NCBI GenBank assembly: GCA_946498975.1 | Contig: CAMMQC010000001.1 | Coordinates: forward strand, 1 to 64,000 | DNA length: 64,000 nucleotides | DNA from: an uncultured Mycoplasmatota bacterium | GTDB lineage: Bacteria > Bacillota_I > Bacilli_A > RF39 > UBA660 | Direction: 5' to 3' | Shown: in pieces, positions 30,876 through 39,413 of the stretch | Layout of the letters: every line of letters begins with the position of its first letter | Position numbering within the stretch: the first letter of the stretch is position 1 | Position numbers and translations under genes: made by a program | The notes under the pieces: model-generated | The model's input: only the letters and a program-made list of their open reading frames with translations | Told to the model about the DNA's origin: nothing | Database searches by the model: none

Positions 30876-33020
30876 TTAATATAATATATAGCTTTTACCA
30901 CTTGCTTCTTTAACTTGTTGTTTAGAAATCATATATTCCCTTAATAATTTAAGTAACGTTTTAATATCTATTCCCACATATTTACTAACTTCTTCCATTG
31001 CTTTTTCTTCATTATACCCAAATTCTAAATACTTTCTTAATAATCTTAAACAAGATTCTTCTATTGTTTCTTCGTTTGAATACACCATTTCTTCATATAT
31101 TGTTTTTTGAATCACTTCTTCTTCTACATTAATATTGGTATCTTTAATTCCCCTATCAAATATACTTGTTTCTTCTAAAAAATCACTTCTAAAAATTGAA
31201 TATTTTTTATTTCTGTGGCTTCTTTTTATCAATCTTATCGCATTTCTTATAATTATAGCTTTTATAGCAATTTTTATTTGCTCATCAGTTAAATAATTTT
31301 TTTCAATATTGCCACATTTTTCTATTATGTACATTATAGAATCACTTACAATATCATCTTTTATATTATCACATTTGTATTTTGCAGTTAACTTATTACT
31401 AATTTTAGTACCACTTTCTATCATATACTGTGCATATTTTTCAACAAATTTTTTACTACATTTTATATATCCTATCCATAGTTGACCCTTTATCTCTAAA
31501 CTATTCAATAAAGAACTTACATTTTTAACACTTTTAAAGCCAAATATATATTGCAATACAACTTCTAATTCTATATCATATTTTTTAGCTAATTCTTCTA
31601 ATTCAGTTTTTGAATAATACTTTGATTCAATTAATACATGTTTTACTCGATTAATTTTCTTTTGTATTAAATAATCTCTTACAATTGCTCGTGTACCTTT
31701 ATTTCGTATGCTATTATAATTAGAATGACTTATACCCAAAATACTTGCAAACTCTACTTCACTTAATTTATCTTTATATATCCTATATAAACTTAAAAAT
31801 TCTTTGTAGTCTATTACTTGCCCTATTTTAACTTTTTTTAAGACTTCTTCCTTGATTTTTTCTTTGCCTTTTAAATTTATGCTTTTTTGCTCATTTTTTA
31901 ATATCCTTGCTCGTGTACCTTTTTTTCGCATACTTTCATAATTGGAATAATTTATGTTTAGGATGCTTGCAAATTCTACTTCACTTAATTTATCTTCATA
32001 TGACTTATATAAACTTAAAAATTCTTTATAATTTGTTAGATGTCCAGGTTTTACTTTTTTTAAGACCTCTTCCTTGATTTTTTCCTTATCTTCTAATTTT
32101 ATACTTCTTTGTTCGTTTTTTAATACCCTTACATGTGTACCTCTATTTCGCATACTATTATAATTGGAATAATTTATGTTTAGGATGCTTGCAAACTCTA
32201 CTTCGCTTAATTTATCTTCATATGACTTATATAAACTTAAAAATTCTTTGTAATTTATTAGTTGACTAGGTTTTACTTTTTTTAAGACTTCTTCCTTAAT
32301 TTTTTCCTTGTCTTCTAACTCTATACTTTTTTGCTCTTTTTTTAATATCCTTGCTCGTGTACCTTTATTTCGCATATTATTATAATTAGAATAACCTATA
32401 CTTAAAATATTTGCAAACTCTACTTCACTTAATTTATCTTCGTATGGCTCATATAAACTTAAAAATTCTTTATAATTTATTAGTTGTCCAGGTTTTACTT
32501 TTTTTAATACCTCTTCCTTGATTTTTTCCTTGTCTTCTAACTTTATACTTCTTTGCTCATTTTTTAATAACCTTGCTCGTGTACCTTTTTTTCGCATACT
32601 ATTATAATTGGAATAATTTATGTTTAGGATGTTTGCAAATTCTACTTCACTTAATTTGTCTTTATATGACTTATATAAACTTAAAAATTCTTTATAATTT
32701 ATTAGTTGTCCGGGTTTTACTTTTTTTAAGACTTCTTCCTTGATTTTTTCCTTGTCTTCTAACTTTATACTTCTTTGTTCACTTTTTAATACCCTTACAT
32801 GTGTACCTCTATTTCTCATATTATTATGATTGTTATAACTTATGTTTAGAATGCTTGCAAACTCTACTTCACTTAATTTGTCTTCATATAACTTATATAA
32901 ATTTAAAAATTCTTTATAATTTATTAGTTGTCCAGGTTTTACTTTTTTTAAGACTTCTTCTTTAATTTTCTCGTTTTCTTTTAAAATGTTATCCATTATT
33001 TTCCTCTTTATTAAATTCAT
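30876..33020 (-). CDS. Sigma-70-like protein: six tandem 74-aa HTH-like repeat modules, then a region 2-like and a region 4-like C-terminal segment
   Basis: Repeats KIKEEVLKKVKPGQLINYKEFLSLYKSYEDKLSEVEFASILNINYSNYNSMRNRGTHVRVLKNEQRSIKLEDKE x6. C-terminus has DIVSDSIMYIIEKCGNIEKNY...IKAIIIRNAIRLIKRSHRNKK (r2-like) and ESCLRLLRKYLEFGYNEEKAMEEVSKYVGIDIKTLLKLLREYM (r4-like). Confidence 0.4.
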   Translation of the reverse strand: MNLIKRKIMDNILKENEKIKEEVLKKVKPGQLINYKEFLNLYKLYEDKLSEVEFASILNISYNNHNNMRNRGTHVRVLKSEQRSIKLEDKEKIKEEVLKKVKPGQLINYKEFLSLYKSYKDKLSEVEFANILNINYSNYNSMRKKGTRARLLKNEQRSIKLEDKEKIKEEVLKKVKPGQLINYKEFLSLYEPYEDKLSEVEFANILSIGYSNYNNMRNKGTRARILKKEQKSIELEDKEKIKEEVLKKVKPSQLINYKEFLSLYKSYEDKLSEVEFASILNINYSNYNSMRNRGTHVRVLKNEQRSIKLEDKEKIKEEVLKKVKPGHLTNYKEFLSLYKSYEDKLSEVEFASILNINYSNYESMRKKGTRARILKNEQKSINLKGKEKIKEEVLKKVKIGQVIDYKEFLSLYRIYKDKLSEVEFASILGISHSNYNSIRNKGTRAIVRDYLIQKKINRVKHVLIESKYYSKTELEELAKKYDIELEVVLQYIFGFKSVKNVSSLLNSLEIKGQLWIGYIKCSKKFVEKYAQYMIESGTKISNKLTAKYKCDNIKDDIVSDSIMYIIEKCGNIEKNYLTDEQIKIAIKAIIIRNAIRLIKRSHRNKKYSIFRSDFLEETSIFDRGIKDTNINVEEEVIQKTIYEEMVYSNEETIEESCLRLLRKYLEFGYNEEKAMEEVSKYVGIDIKTLLKLLREYMISKQQVKEASGKSYILY
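31700..32970. repeat. Six near-identical 222-bp tandem direct repeats inside the coding sequence
   Basis: Recurring DNA blocks, for example ...cttgctcgtgtacctttttttcgcatact... and ...gcttgcaaactctacttcacttaatttatcttcatatgacttatataaacttaaaaattctttataatt..., at roughly 222-bp period across 31.7-33.0 kb. Confidence 0.8.
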
Positions 33021-33300
33021 TCAAAATTATGTTGTTATTATACATATTTTTATTTTAGGTGTCAATTGCACAAGAATAAAGTTATTGAGTCCCAATGAAT
33101 TTAATAAATTTGTTTAGATATCAATAAAAAAATGATAGTTATACTAAGCAATATAATTTTATTGATTTCTAGTGATTTTTATTGCTCAGTCTTGAACTTT
33201 AATTCAAAAAACTGAAACTCAAAACTGAAACTCAAAACTACTTATCCTTTCTTTTTTTTTAATTTTGTGTTAAAATATAGCAAGAAATGGGGTATTTTAG

Positions 33301-33849
33301 ATGTTAAGAAATAAAGATATATTAGATGAAAAAGACAAAAGATTAAGATTAGTTAGTAAAGATGTTACTTTTCCTTTAAGTAAAGACGATTTAAAGACTA
33401 TTGATTTAATAGTAGAATATCTAACTAATAGTCAAATAGAAAGGTTATCAGAAAAATATAATTTAAGACCTGGTATGGGTATGGCTGCAATTCAATTAGG
33501 AATTCCTAAAAGATATTTAGTAATTGTTCATGAAATAGATGAAGAAGAGTTTGATACTTATATTATTTGTAATCCTAAAATTATTAGTAATTCGGCTGAA
33601 AAGATTTATGTAGAAATGGGAGAAGGATGTTTATCTGTTAATCGTGAAGTTGATGGTATTGTACCAAGATATGCTAGAGTTACTGTAGAAGGATATGATA
33701 CTAAAGGTAATAAGATAAGAGTAAGAGCAAGAGAAGAACTTGCTATTGCCTTCCAACATGAAATAGATCATTTAAATGGTATTATGTTTACAGATTATAT
33801 TGATCCTAAAAACCCATTTAAAGATAGTGATAAATATAGACCAATTTAA
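33301..33849 (+). CDS. def: Peptide deformylase
   Basis: GMGMAAIQLG, EGCLSV, QHEIDHLNG motifs. Confidence 0.85.
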   Translation: MLRNKDILDEKDKRLRLVSKDVTFPLSKDDLKTIDLIVEYLTNSQIERLSEKYNLRPGMGMAAIQLGIPKRYLVIVHEIDEEEFDTYIICNPKIISNSAEKIYVEMGEGCLSVNREVDGIVPRYARVTVEGYDTKGNKIRVRAREELAIAFQHEIDHLNGIMFTDYIDPKNPFKDSDKYRPI

Positions 33850-33868
33850 AAACAGGACGAACCTGTTT

Positions 33869-34630
33869 TTATTTTATATCTTTTTTCTTGCCATAATATA
33901 AAGCTAGTACTTGAAGCTTATCATCATCACTTTCTAAATCAGTAATTTCTTGTAAAATTTTGGCGAACTCATCAAGGACTTCTTCATAAGTAAGTTTAGC
34001 AAGTACTTCTCCATTAAGTACTTTATCTTTATCTTCCTTACTTTTATATAGAGCATTACTTGCAATATCTAAAGTTTCCTCTTCTTTTTCTAAATAAGCA
34101 TGAAAGTGCCCTCTTCCTAGTAAATTATATTCAAAAGATAAAATAGCATTATAGTCTCTGCACTCTTTAATAAAATCAAAAGTTCTATCAAAACATTCTC
34201 CGCTTAATTTTTTATCAAATATATAATCAACTTTAGTATGTTTAAAGAAATCGCTAGCTTTATAAACAGAAATAACTCCGCATTTGCTTTTTAAAATATA
34301 TTTAGAATCACACCTATCTTTACTTATAATACCAGGCCATAACAAAGTATAAGGGCTATCATTTAAAAGATAAGAAATAGCACTTTGAATAGAAGAATTA
34401 TAATTAATGTCATATCTATGTAAAATTTCATCTATAACAGCTTCTTTATTTCTCTGTTTTAAGCTCATATAATTTAAAATAAGATTATTAAGAGGATTAT
34501 CTTTATCGTAAAGATGATAAATCCCCAATTCTTTACATTCTTCTAAAATAGCTTCTGCTCTTTTCTTATTTAAACTTAAATAGAACTTTTCTGTATCTGC
34601 ATAATATTTATCTAATAAATTGGTACTCAT
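33869..34630 (-). CDS. Hypothetical protein
   Basis: 253-aa ORF. No confident domain. Confidence 0.35.
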   Translation of the reverse strand: MSTNLLDKYYADTEKFYLSLNKKRAEAILEECKELGIYHLYDKDNPLNNLILNYMSLKQRNKEAVIDEILHRYDINYNSSIQSAISYLLNDSPYTLLWPGIISKDRCDSKYILKSKCGVISVYKASDFFKHTKVDYIFDKKLSGECFDRTFDFIKECRDYNAILSFEYNLLGRGHFHAYLEKEEETLDIASNALYKSKEDKDKVLNGEVLAKLTYEEVLDEFAKILQEITDLESDDDKLQVLALYYGKKKDIK

Positions 34631-34752
34631 ACTCTACCACCCTTTTAATGATTGTTATATATTGTAACACATTTTACATAAATTGAATCATTTATTTTGT
34701 TTTTAGATTTACAAAACTACCCTTCCTTGCTAGAATTAAATAGGAGGATATC

Positions 34753-35664
34753 ATGAAGAAATACATTGTTTTATTAATTTTAGTTATTTTATTTGGATTC
34801 ACCTTTGCCTTTAGACGGCCTTTATATAATTTATATAGAACTTATTTTGTTAAAGAGGAAAAAGAAGTTACTTTGACTGCATCCAATGATTATACAAGGG
34901 ACTATGATTTTAATTATGTTAAAAGAACTGATGATTTTACTCCTAGTAATTATCAAGATTTATTAAATATTTACTATACTGTTTTAAACTCTGGAGAAGA
35001 AGAATTCTCATTTTACTGTACTGATGAATATTCCGAATGTATAAATGATGTTGATAGTCTTGCTAATAATCAAAAAGTTCTTTCTACTATTAATAATTTT
35101 GTTCATCCTTTTAATAGTTTTAGACATTTAGAAACTAGTTATGATGATTATGGTAAAGTTACTTTAAAGATTGAACATATTTATAATAATAATGATATTA
35201 AATTAATAAATGCTAAAGTTGAAGAAATAGAAAAAGAAATATGGAATAGTTCTATGAGTAATGAAGATAAGATTAAGGAAGCTCATAATTATATTATTAA
35301 TAATAGTAAGTATGATAAAGATAGAAGTGATAACAATATTGTTAAATATAAATCAGATACTGCTTATGGTAGTCTTTTAGAAGGTTATAGTTTATGTGGT
35401 GGTTATACTGATGCTATGGAATTATTTTTAGAAGATATGGGTATAAAAAGTTATAAGATATCTTCAGAAAATCATGTTTGGAATGCAGTCAATTTAAATA
35501 ATGCTTGGTATCACTTAGACCTTACTTGGGATGATCCTATTACTACTGATGGTAGTGATATCTTAGAATATAACTTCTTCTTAATAACTACAAGTGAGTT
35601 AAGTGAATTAGAAGGAGAACAACATAATTATGATAAAAATGTCTATAGTGAACTCGCTACTTAA
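34753..35664 (+). CDS. Transglutaminase-like cysteine protease domain protein with N-terminal signal/TM
   Basis: Cys-His-Asp triad context YSLCGGYTDAMELF...ENHVWNAVNLNNAWYHLDLTWDDP. Confidence 0.6.
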   Translation: MKKYIVLLILVILFGFTFAFRRPLYNLYRTYFVKEEKEVTLTASNDYTRDYDFNYVKRTDDFTPSNYQDLLNIYYTVLNSGEEEFSFYCTDEYSECINDVDSLANNQKVLSTINNFVHPFNSFRHLETSYDDYGKVTLKIEHIYNNNDIKLINAKVEEIEKEIWNSSMSNEDKIKEAHNYIINNSKYDKDRSDNNIVKYKSDTAYGSLLEGYSLCGGYTDAMELFLEDMGIKSYKISSENHVWNAVNLNNAWYHLDLTWDDPITTDGSDILEYNFFLITTSELSELEGEQHNYDKNVYSELAT

Positions 35665-35716
35665 AAAAATGTTAGGAAATGATTCTTAACATTTTTTTGT
35701 TACAATCAGAAATAAT

Positions 35717-36283
35717 CTACTTCTTTAATTGCTTTTCTTCAAAATTAAGTTCTAAATTATCATAAATTTTTATTTCGTCATTATTATGAAAGAAAGAATT
35801 TATTAAGTCCATATCGGAAATATTGTTTTCTAAAATCCATATACATTTGCTTATAAAATTATGAGTAACAATAAGTACTGTTTTTTCCTCATATTTTGTA
35901 TGTATTTCACTAAGAAAATTTCCTACTCTCTTTAATCCTGCTAATAAAGTTTCTGCTCCTTCCGGGGTTCTATCCATATCCAGTGAATTCCAAGCCTTTT
36001 TATCTATACTTCTTCTTGATATACCTAACAACGTCCCAGGGTCTCTTTCTGCTAATCTAGAATCTAATATAATACTATTTTGAGGTGCTACAATATTAGC
36101 TGTTTGTATAGCTCTATCTACAGGTGAAGAGTAAACAACATCAAATTTAACATTTTGCAATTCATTTCTAATTTTTGTAGCTTGCTCTATCCCTTTTTTT
36201 GTTAGCTTTTCATCATTCCATCCACTAACAACTCTTTCAATGTTAGATGGTACTTGTCCATGTCTAACAACATATAAATTCAT
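35717..36283 (-). CDS. Histidine phosphatase family protein (phosphoglycerate mutase-like)
   Basis: N-terminal LYVVRHGQ catalytic RHG motif. C-terminal VLIVTHNF. Confidence 0.65.
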   Translation of the reverse strand: MNLYVVRHGQVPSNIERVVSGWNDEKLTKKGIEQATKIRNELQNVKFDVVYSSPVDRAIQTANIVAPQNSIILDSRLAERDPGTLLGISRRSIDKKAWNSLDMDRTPEGAETLLAGLKRVGNFLSEIHTKYEEKTVLIVTHNFISKCIWILENNISDMDLINSFFHNNDEIKIYDNLELNFEEKQLKK

Positions 36284-36295
36284 TACAAAAACCTC

Positions 36296-36679
36296 CTATT
36301 TATTAAAGAACTGTTTATCACTAAATATTTCTAATGGATAAATTCTATTTTCAATATAATCTTTAATGATATTTTTACCAACCAAATAATTTCTAAGTTG
36401 TTCTTCTGCCATTTTTTCAATATCTTTAATATCTATCCACTTAACATCAAGAATTTCGTTGGAGTCAAATTCAATTTTTCCACCAATTACTTCTGCAACA
36501 AAGCGTATAATGACATGCGTTTCATTTCGCAATTCTGTTTCACATATAGGTAACACACCTTTTAATTTTACATCTAATCCTGTTTCTTCTTTTACTTCTC
36601 TAACTGCTGCATCTGTAACATTTTCAAACTCATTAACATGACCTGCAGGAAAATTCCACTGTCCATAACAAAAGTCCAA
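36296..36679 (-). CDS. NUDIX hydrolase, apparently N-terminally truncated
   Basis: Nudix box GHVNEFENVTDAAVREVKEETGL begins at residue 14. Upstream in-frame sequence hits a TAA within about 40 nt and the SDR gene ends 38 bp away. Confidence 0.45.
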   Translation of the reverse strand: MDFCYGQWNFPAGHVNEFENVTDAAVREVKEETGLDVKLKGVLPICETELRNETHVIIRFVAEVIGGKIEFDSNEILDVKWIDIKDIEKMAEEQLRNYLVGKNIIKDYIENRIYPLEIFSDKQFFNK

Positions 36680-36717
36680 GCCTTTTTATGTATAGTAATT
36701 AGACTCTGCAACTGAAA

Positions 36718-37599
36718 TTATTTATTATTTTCCATCATTTTCTTAGCCATTTTTAAGATAAATTTATTAGTTGCAGGCACTTTTTCTCTATCTTTCTTAT
36801 AACCTAGTGTTTTTAGAGAACTATCACTAAAATCAACACATAAATCAACTCCAGAGGTAAAGCTTGCCATACTTGAGCCTAAAAAGATAATAGGTCCTGC
36901 CATTTCTTCACTAGTGGCAAGGCGATGAGCCACTCCTGTCTCAGCAAGTAGAGCTTCTTCTCCACCAGCCATCTTTTCAAATTCATCTTTCATGCCTGTA
37001 TCAGTAGAGCCTGGCATTACATTATTAACTCTAATACCTTGTTTACCTAGTTTAACTGATGCTTCACATGCATACTCTGATAAACATCTTTTAGAATACA
37101 TATAGGCAAAAGTTGAAGGAGATATTTTTGCAAGAGGTTCTACTACCCTCTCTACTTCTTCCCAAGTGCTTGCAGCTACTACTTTACTTTGTTCTTTTCT
37201 AAACTCTTTCCAATTAAGACCTGCAGTACTAGTTACATAGACAATACTGTCACCCTTACTCATTCTCTTAGTTAAATACTCTTCTGTAATATAGAAGTTT
37301 GCAGTATAATTACAATTAAAAGTTGTCATATAATCTGTTTTAGAACCTGATAATCCTGCTACTCCAAAAAAACAGTCAATATGTTCAGGAAGTTTACTAA
37401 ATAAGTTATCTATTTCTTCTTTTTTAGACAAATCACACTTTATAAACTCAGTTATTCCCTTAACATCACAAGGATTTAAGTCAACTGCATAACATCTAGC
37501 TCCTAAATCAACTAACATTTCTACTGTTGCCTTACCCATACCACTACTAGCTCCTGTTACTACACAAACTTTATCCTTATAACCAAAATAATCTTTCAT
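36718..37599 (-). CDS. Short-chain dehydrogenase/reductase (SDR) family oxidoreductase
   Basis: TGASSGMGKA Rossmann motif, YMYSK-like catalytic region. Confidence 0.7.
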   Translation of the reverse strand: MKDYFGYKDKVCVVTGASSGMGKATVEMLVDLGARCYAVDLNPCDVKGITEFIKCDLSKKEEIDNLFSKLPEHIDCFFGVAGLSGSKTDYMTTFNCNYTANFYITEEYLTKRMSKGDSIVYVTSTAGLNWKEFRKEQSKVVAASTWEEVERVVEPLAKISPSTFAYMYSKRCLSEYACEASVKLGKQGIRVNNVMPGSTDTGMKDEFEKMAGGEEALLAETGVAHRLATSEEMAGPIIFLGSSMASFTSGVDLCVDFSDSSLKTLGYKKDREKVPATNKFILKMAKKMMENNK

Positions 37600-37649
37600 A
37601 TAAATCCTACCTTTCTAACTAAAGTATAGATAGACAAAAGAAAAAAGTA

Positions 37650-37751
37650 AATAATTTATTACTCGCGGGCCATCTACAAGCGAGATAATCTGCAGTGTAG
37701 AATAATTTATTACTCGCATCCATCTACAAGCGAGAACATCTCCGTAAAAAG
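37650..37751. repeat. Two tandem ~51-bp direct repeats, each with a GC-rich imperfect hairpin core (TTACTCGC...GCGAGA)
   Basis: AATAATTTATTACTCGCGGGCCATCTACAAGCGAGATAATC at 37650-37690 and AATAATTTATTACTCGCATCCATCTACAAGCGAGAACATC at 37701-37740. Upstream of the SDR gene. Confidence 0.6.
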
Positions 37752-37874
37752 AAAATCATCTTACATATATTATATGAAGTTTCCCTCATCTAATACGTTT
37801 TAATCATATCATAAATGGTACTAGTATGTAAAGCTATTTTGTAAAATTAGTTAGATATTTTACTTTTGTTGATA

Positions 37875-38591
37875 TTATCTTTTTAATAATAATTTCTTTT
37901 CTAAAGAATAATCTACAATAGAGTCAATATGCGACTGTGTAGTATCAAATACAGAAATGTCTAAATCTTTTTGACTAATTAACATTTCTATTTCAGTACA
38001 TCCTAATATTATACCTTTAATATCACTTTGTTTTTTCATATTATTTATTACATCAATATAATAATCTCTTGAATTATCATTAATCCTGCCTTTACATAGC
38101 TCATCAAATATTATTCTATCTATTTCATTAATCTCATTTTCACTATTTGGAATACTAACTGTTAAGCCATTTTTTCTTAATCTGTCTTTTAAAAAGTCTT
38201 CTCTCATTGTATAACCAGTACCTAAAAGTCCAACGTTTAATACTTCATTCTCTTTACATTTATCAGCAACACAGTCAGCAATGTGAATTAGAGGAATATT
38301 TATTTGACTTTCTATATAATCTGCTAATTTATGCATTGTATTAGTTGCAATAACTATATAATCAGCACCAGCATTTTCTAATGTTTTAGCAATAGAAGCT
38401 AGCTCTACACCAATTTTATCCCACTCATTATTTAACATTAGTTTTCTAATCTCTTCAAAATTAACATTGTAAATAATCATTTTAGCACAGTTTAAGCCAC
38501 CACATATCGCATTAACTCCATTATTAATTCTTTCATAATAATGAATTGATGACTCATAACTCATTCCCCCAATAAGTCCAATTGTTTTCAT
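37875..38591 (-). CDS. Asp/Glu racemase family protein (aspartate racemase-like)
   Basis: IGLIGGMSYESS N-terminal motif and GCTEI second catalytic-Cys region. Confidence 0.7.
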   Translation of the reverse strand: MKTIGLIGGMSYESSIHYYERINNGVNAICGGLNCAKMIIYNVNFEEIRKLMLNNEWDKIGVELASIAKTLENAGADYIVIATNTMHKLADYIESQINIPLIHIADCVADKCKENEVLNVGLLGTGYTMREDFLKDRLRKNGLTVSIPNSENEINEIDRIIFDELCKGRINDNSRDYYIDVINNMKKQSDIKGIILGCTEIEMLISQKDLDISVFDTTQSHIDSIVDYSLEKKLLLKR

Positions 38592-38764
38592 TTTTTAGTT
38601 CCTTTCAATTTATTTTTTTGTTTTTTAGGTTTTTCATCATCAAAATCAATAATACCTTCCCATTCAAAAGGTTTAAGTCCTTTAACCGCTTCACCTGCAG
38701 AGATTATTGGACGTTTTTGTTGAAAAAAGCCTTCAGGAAACTTTGTTATGTTTTTCTTTGCCAT
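38589..38764 (-). CDS. Small basic protein (58 aa), translationally coupled to the racemase gene
   Basis: RBS GGGAGGG 7-9 nt before ATG at 38764. The TGA overlaps the racemase ATG (ATGA). Sequence MAKKNITKFPEGFFQQKRPIISAGEAVKGLKPFEWEGIIDFDDEKPKKQKNKLKGTKK. Confidence 0.45.
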
Positions 38765-38859
38765 ATAACATTCCCTCCCATATAGAATTTAATACAATTA
38801 TATATTATCATTAATGTAACAAGCAGTCAATATTTTTAAATACCATTAACAAAATTAAA

Positions 38860-39267
38860 TTATAAATTTGTAATAGTATCTTTAGTTTTATTTTCAACAT
38901 TTAAACTTATAACTAATTTTATTAACTTATCTAACATATCATCACTTAAACGACCAATTACTTTATATTCTATTTTATCTTTCTTAAAGTAGAATAAATC
39001 GTCTGCCCTAATATAACCAGTTTTGTTGTTAACATTTCTACCTTTAATTTTATTAGGTACTATCTCTAAATTACTTTTAATTTTTAACTTTCTTTTCTTA
39101 TGGTTTTCACTATGAAAACTACACATAATATTAGAAATGAAATCATATGAATAACTCTCTATTATCCCTGCCTCATCACTGATTACCACAAAAGAGTGTT
39201 TAGGAACAACAGTGCCATTCCTATCTTTAAATTCCTTAACAACAATTATGTCTCCAACTCTACACAT
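38860..39267 (-). CDS. MazF/PemK/Kid-family endoribonuclease toxin-like protein with no adjacent antitoxin gene
   Basis: VGDIIVVKEFKDRNGTVVPKHSFVVIS...IGRLSDDMLDKLIKLVISL pattern. RBS AAAGGAGGG before ATG (MCRVGD) at 39267. The longer ORF start at 39294 lacks an RBS. Confidence 0.5.
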   Translation of the reverse strand: MCRVGDIIVVKEFKDRNGTVVPKHSFVVISDEAGIIESYSYDFISNIMCSFHSENHKKRKLKIKSNLEIVPNKIKGRNVNNKTGYIRADDLFYFKKDKIEYKVIGRLSDDMLDKLIKLVISLNVENKTKDTITNL

Positions 39268-39361
39268 AGATACCCTCCTTTCTTTAATATTCACACAAGA
39301 AGAAATACTTGTGTCTACTATATAATTAACGATATCTTTATTTTTGCTCTTTTAATTCTAC

Positions 39362-39391
39362 ACAAAAAAACTAGAGTTTTTCCTCTAGTCT
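39362..39391 (-). terminator. pheT terminator (GACTAGAG-gaaaaa-CTCTAGT followed by U7 on the minus strand)
   Basis: Perfect 7-8-bp stem followed by T-run in minus-strand sense, directly after the pheT stop. Confidence 0.6.
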
Positions 39392-39413
39392 CTTTTCTCT
39401 TCTTTTAACTTTA

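Noticed and set aside
36459-36641. Plus-strand ORF within the NUDIX gene
   Set aside because: Antisense artefact.
38582-38785. Plus-strand 67-aa ORF in the racemase/mazF-like spacer
   Set aside because: No RBS. Phe/Lys low complexity. The minus strand here carries a better-supported 58-aa coupled ORF.
39196-39408. Plus-strand 70-aa ORF overlapping the mazF-like gene start and pheT terminator
   Set aside because: Antisense. Spans a terminator hairpin. No RBS.
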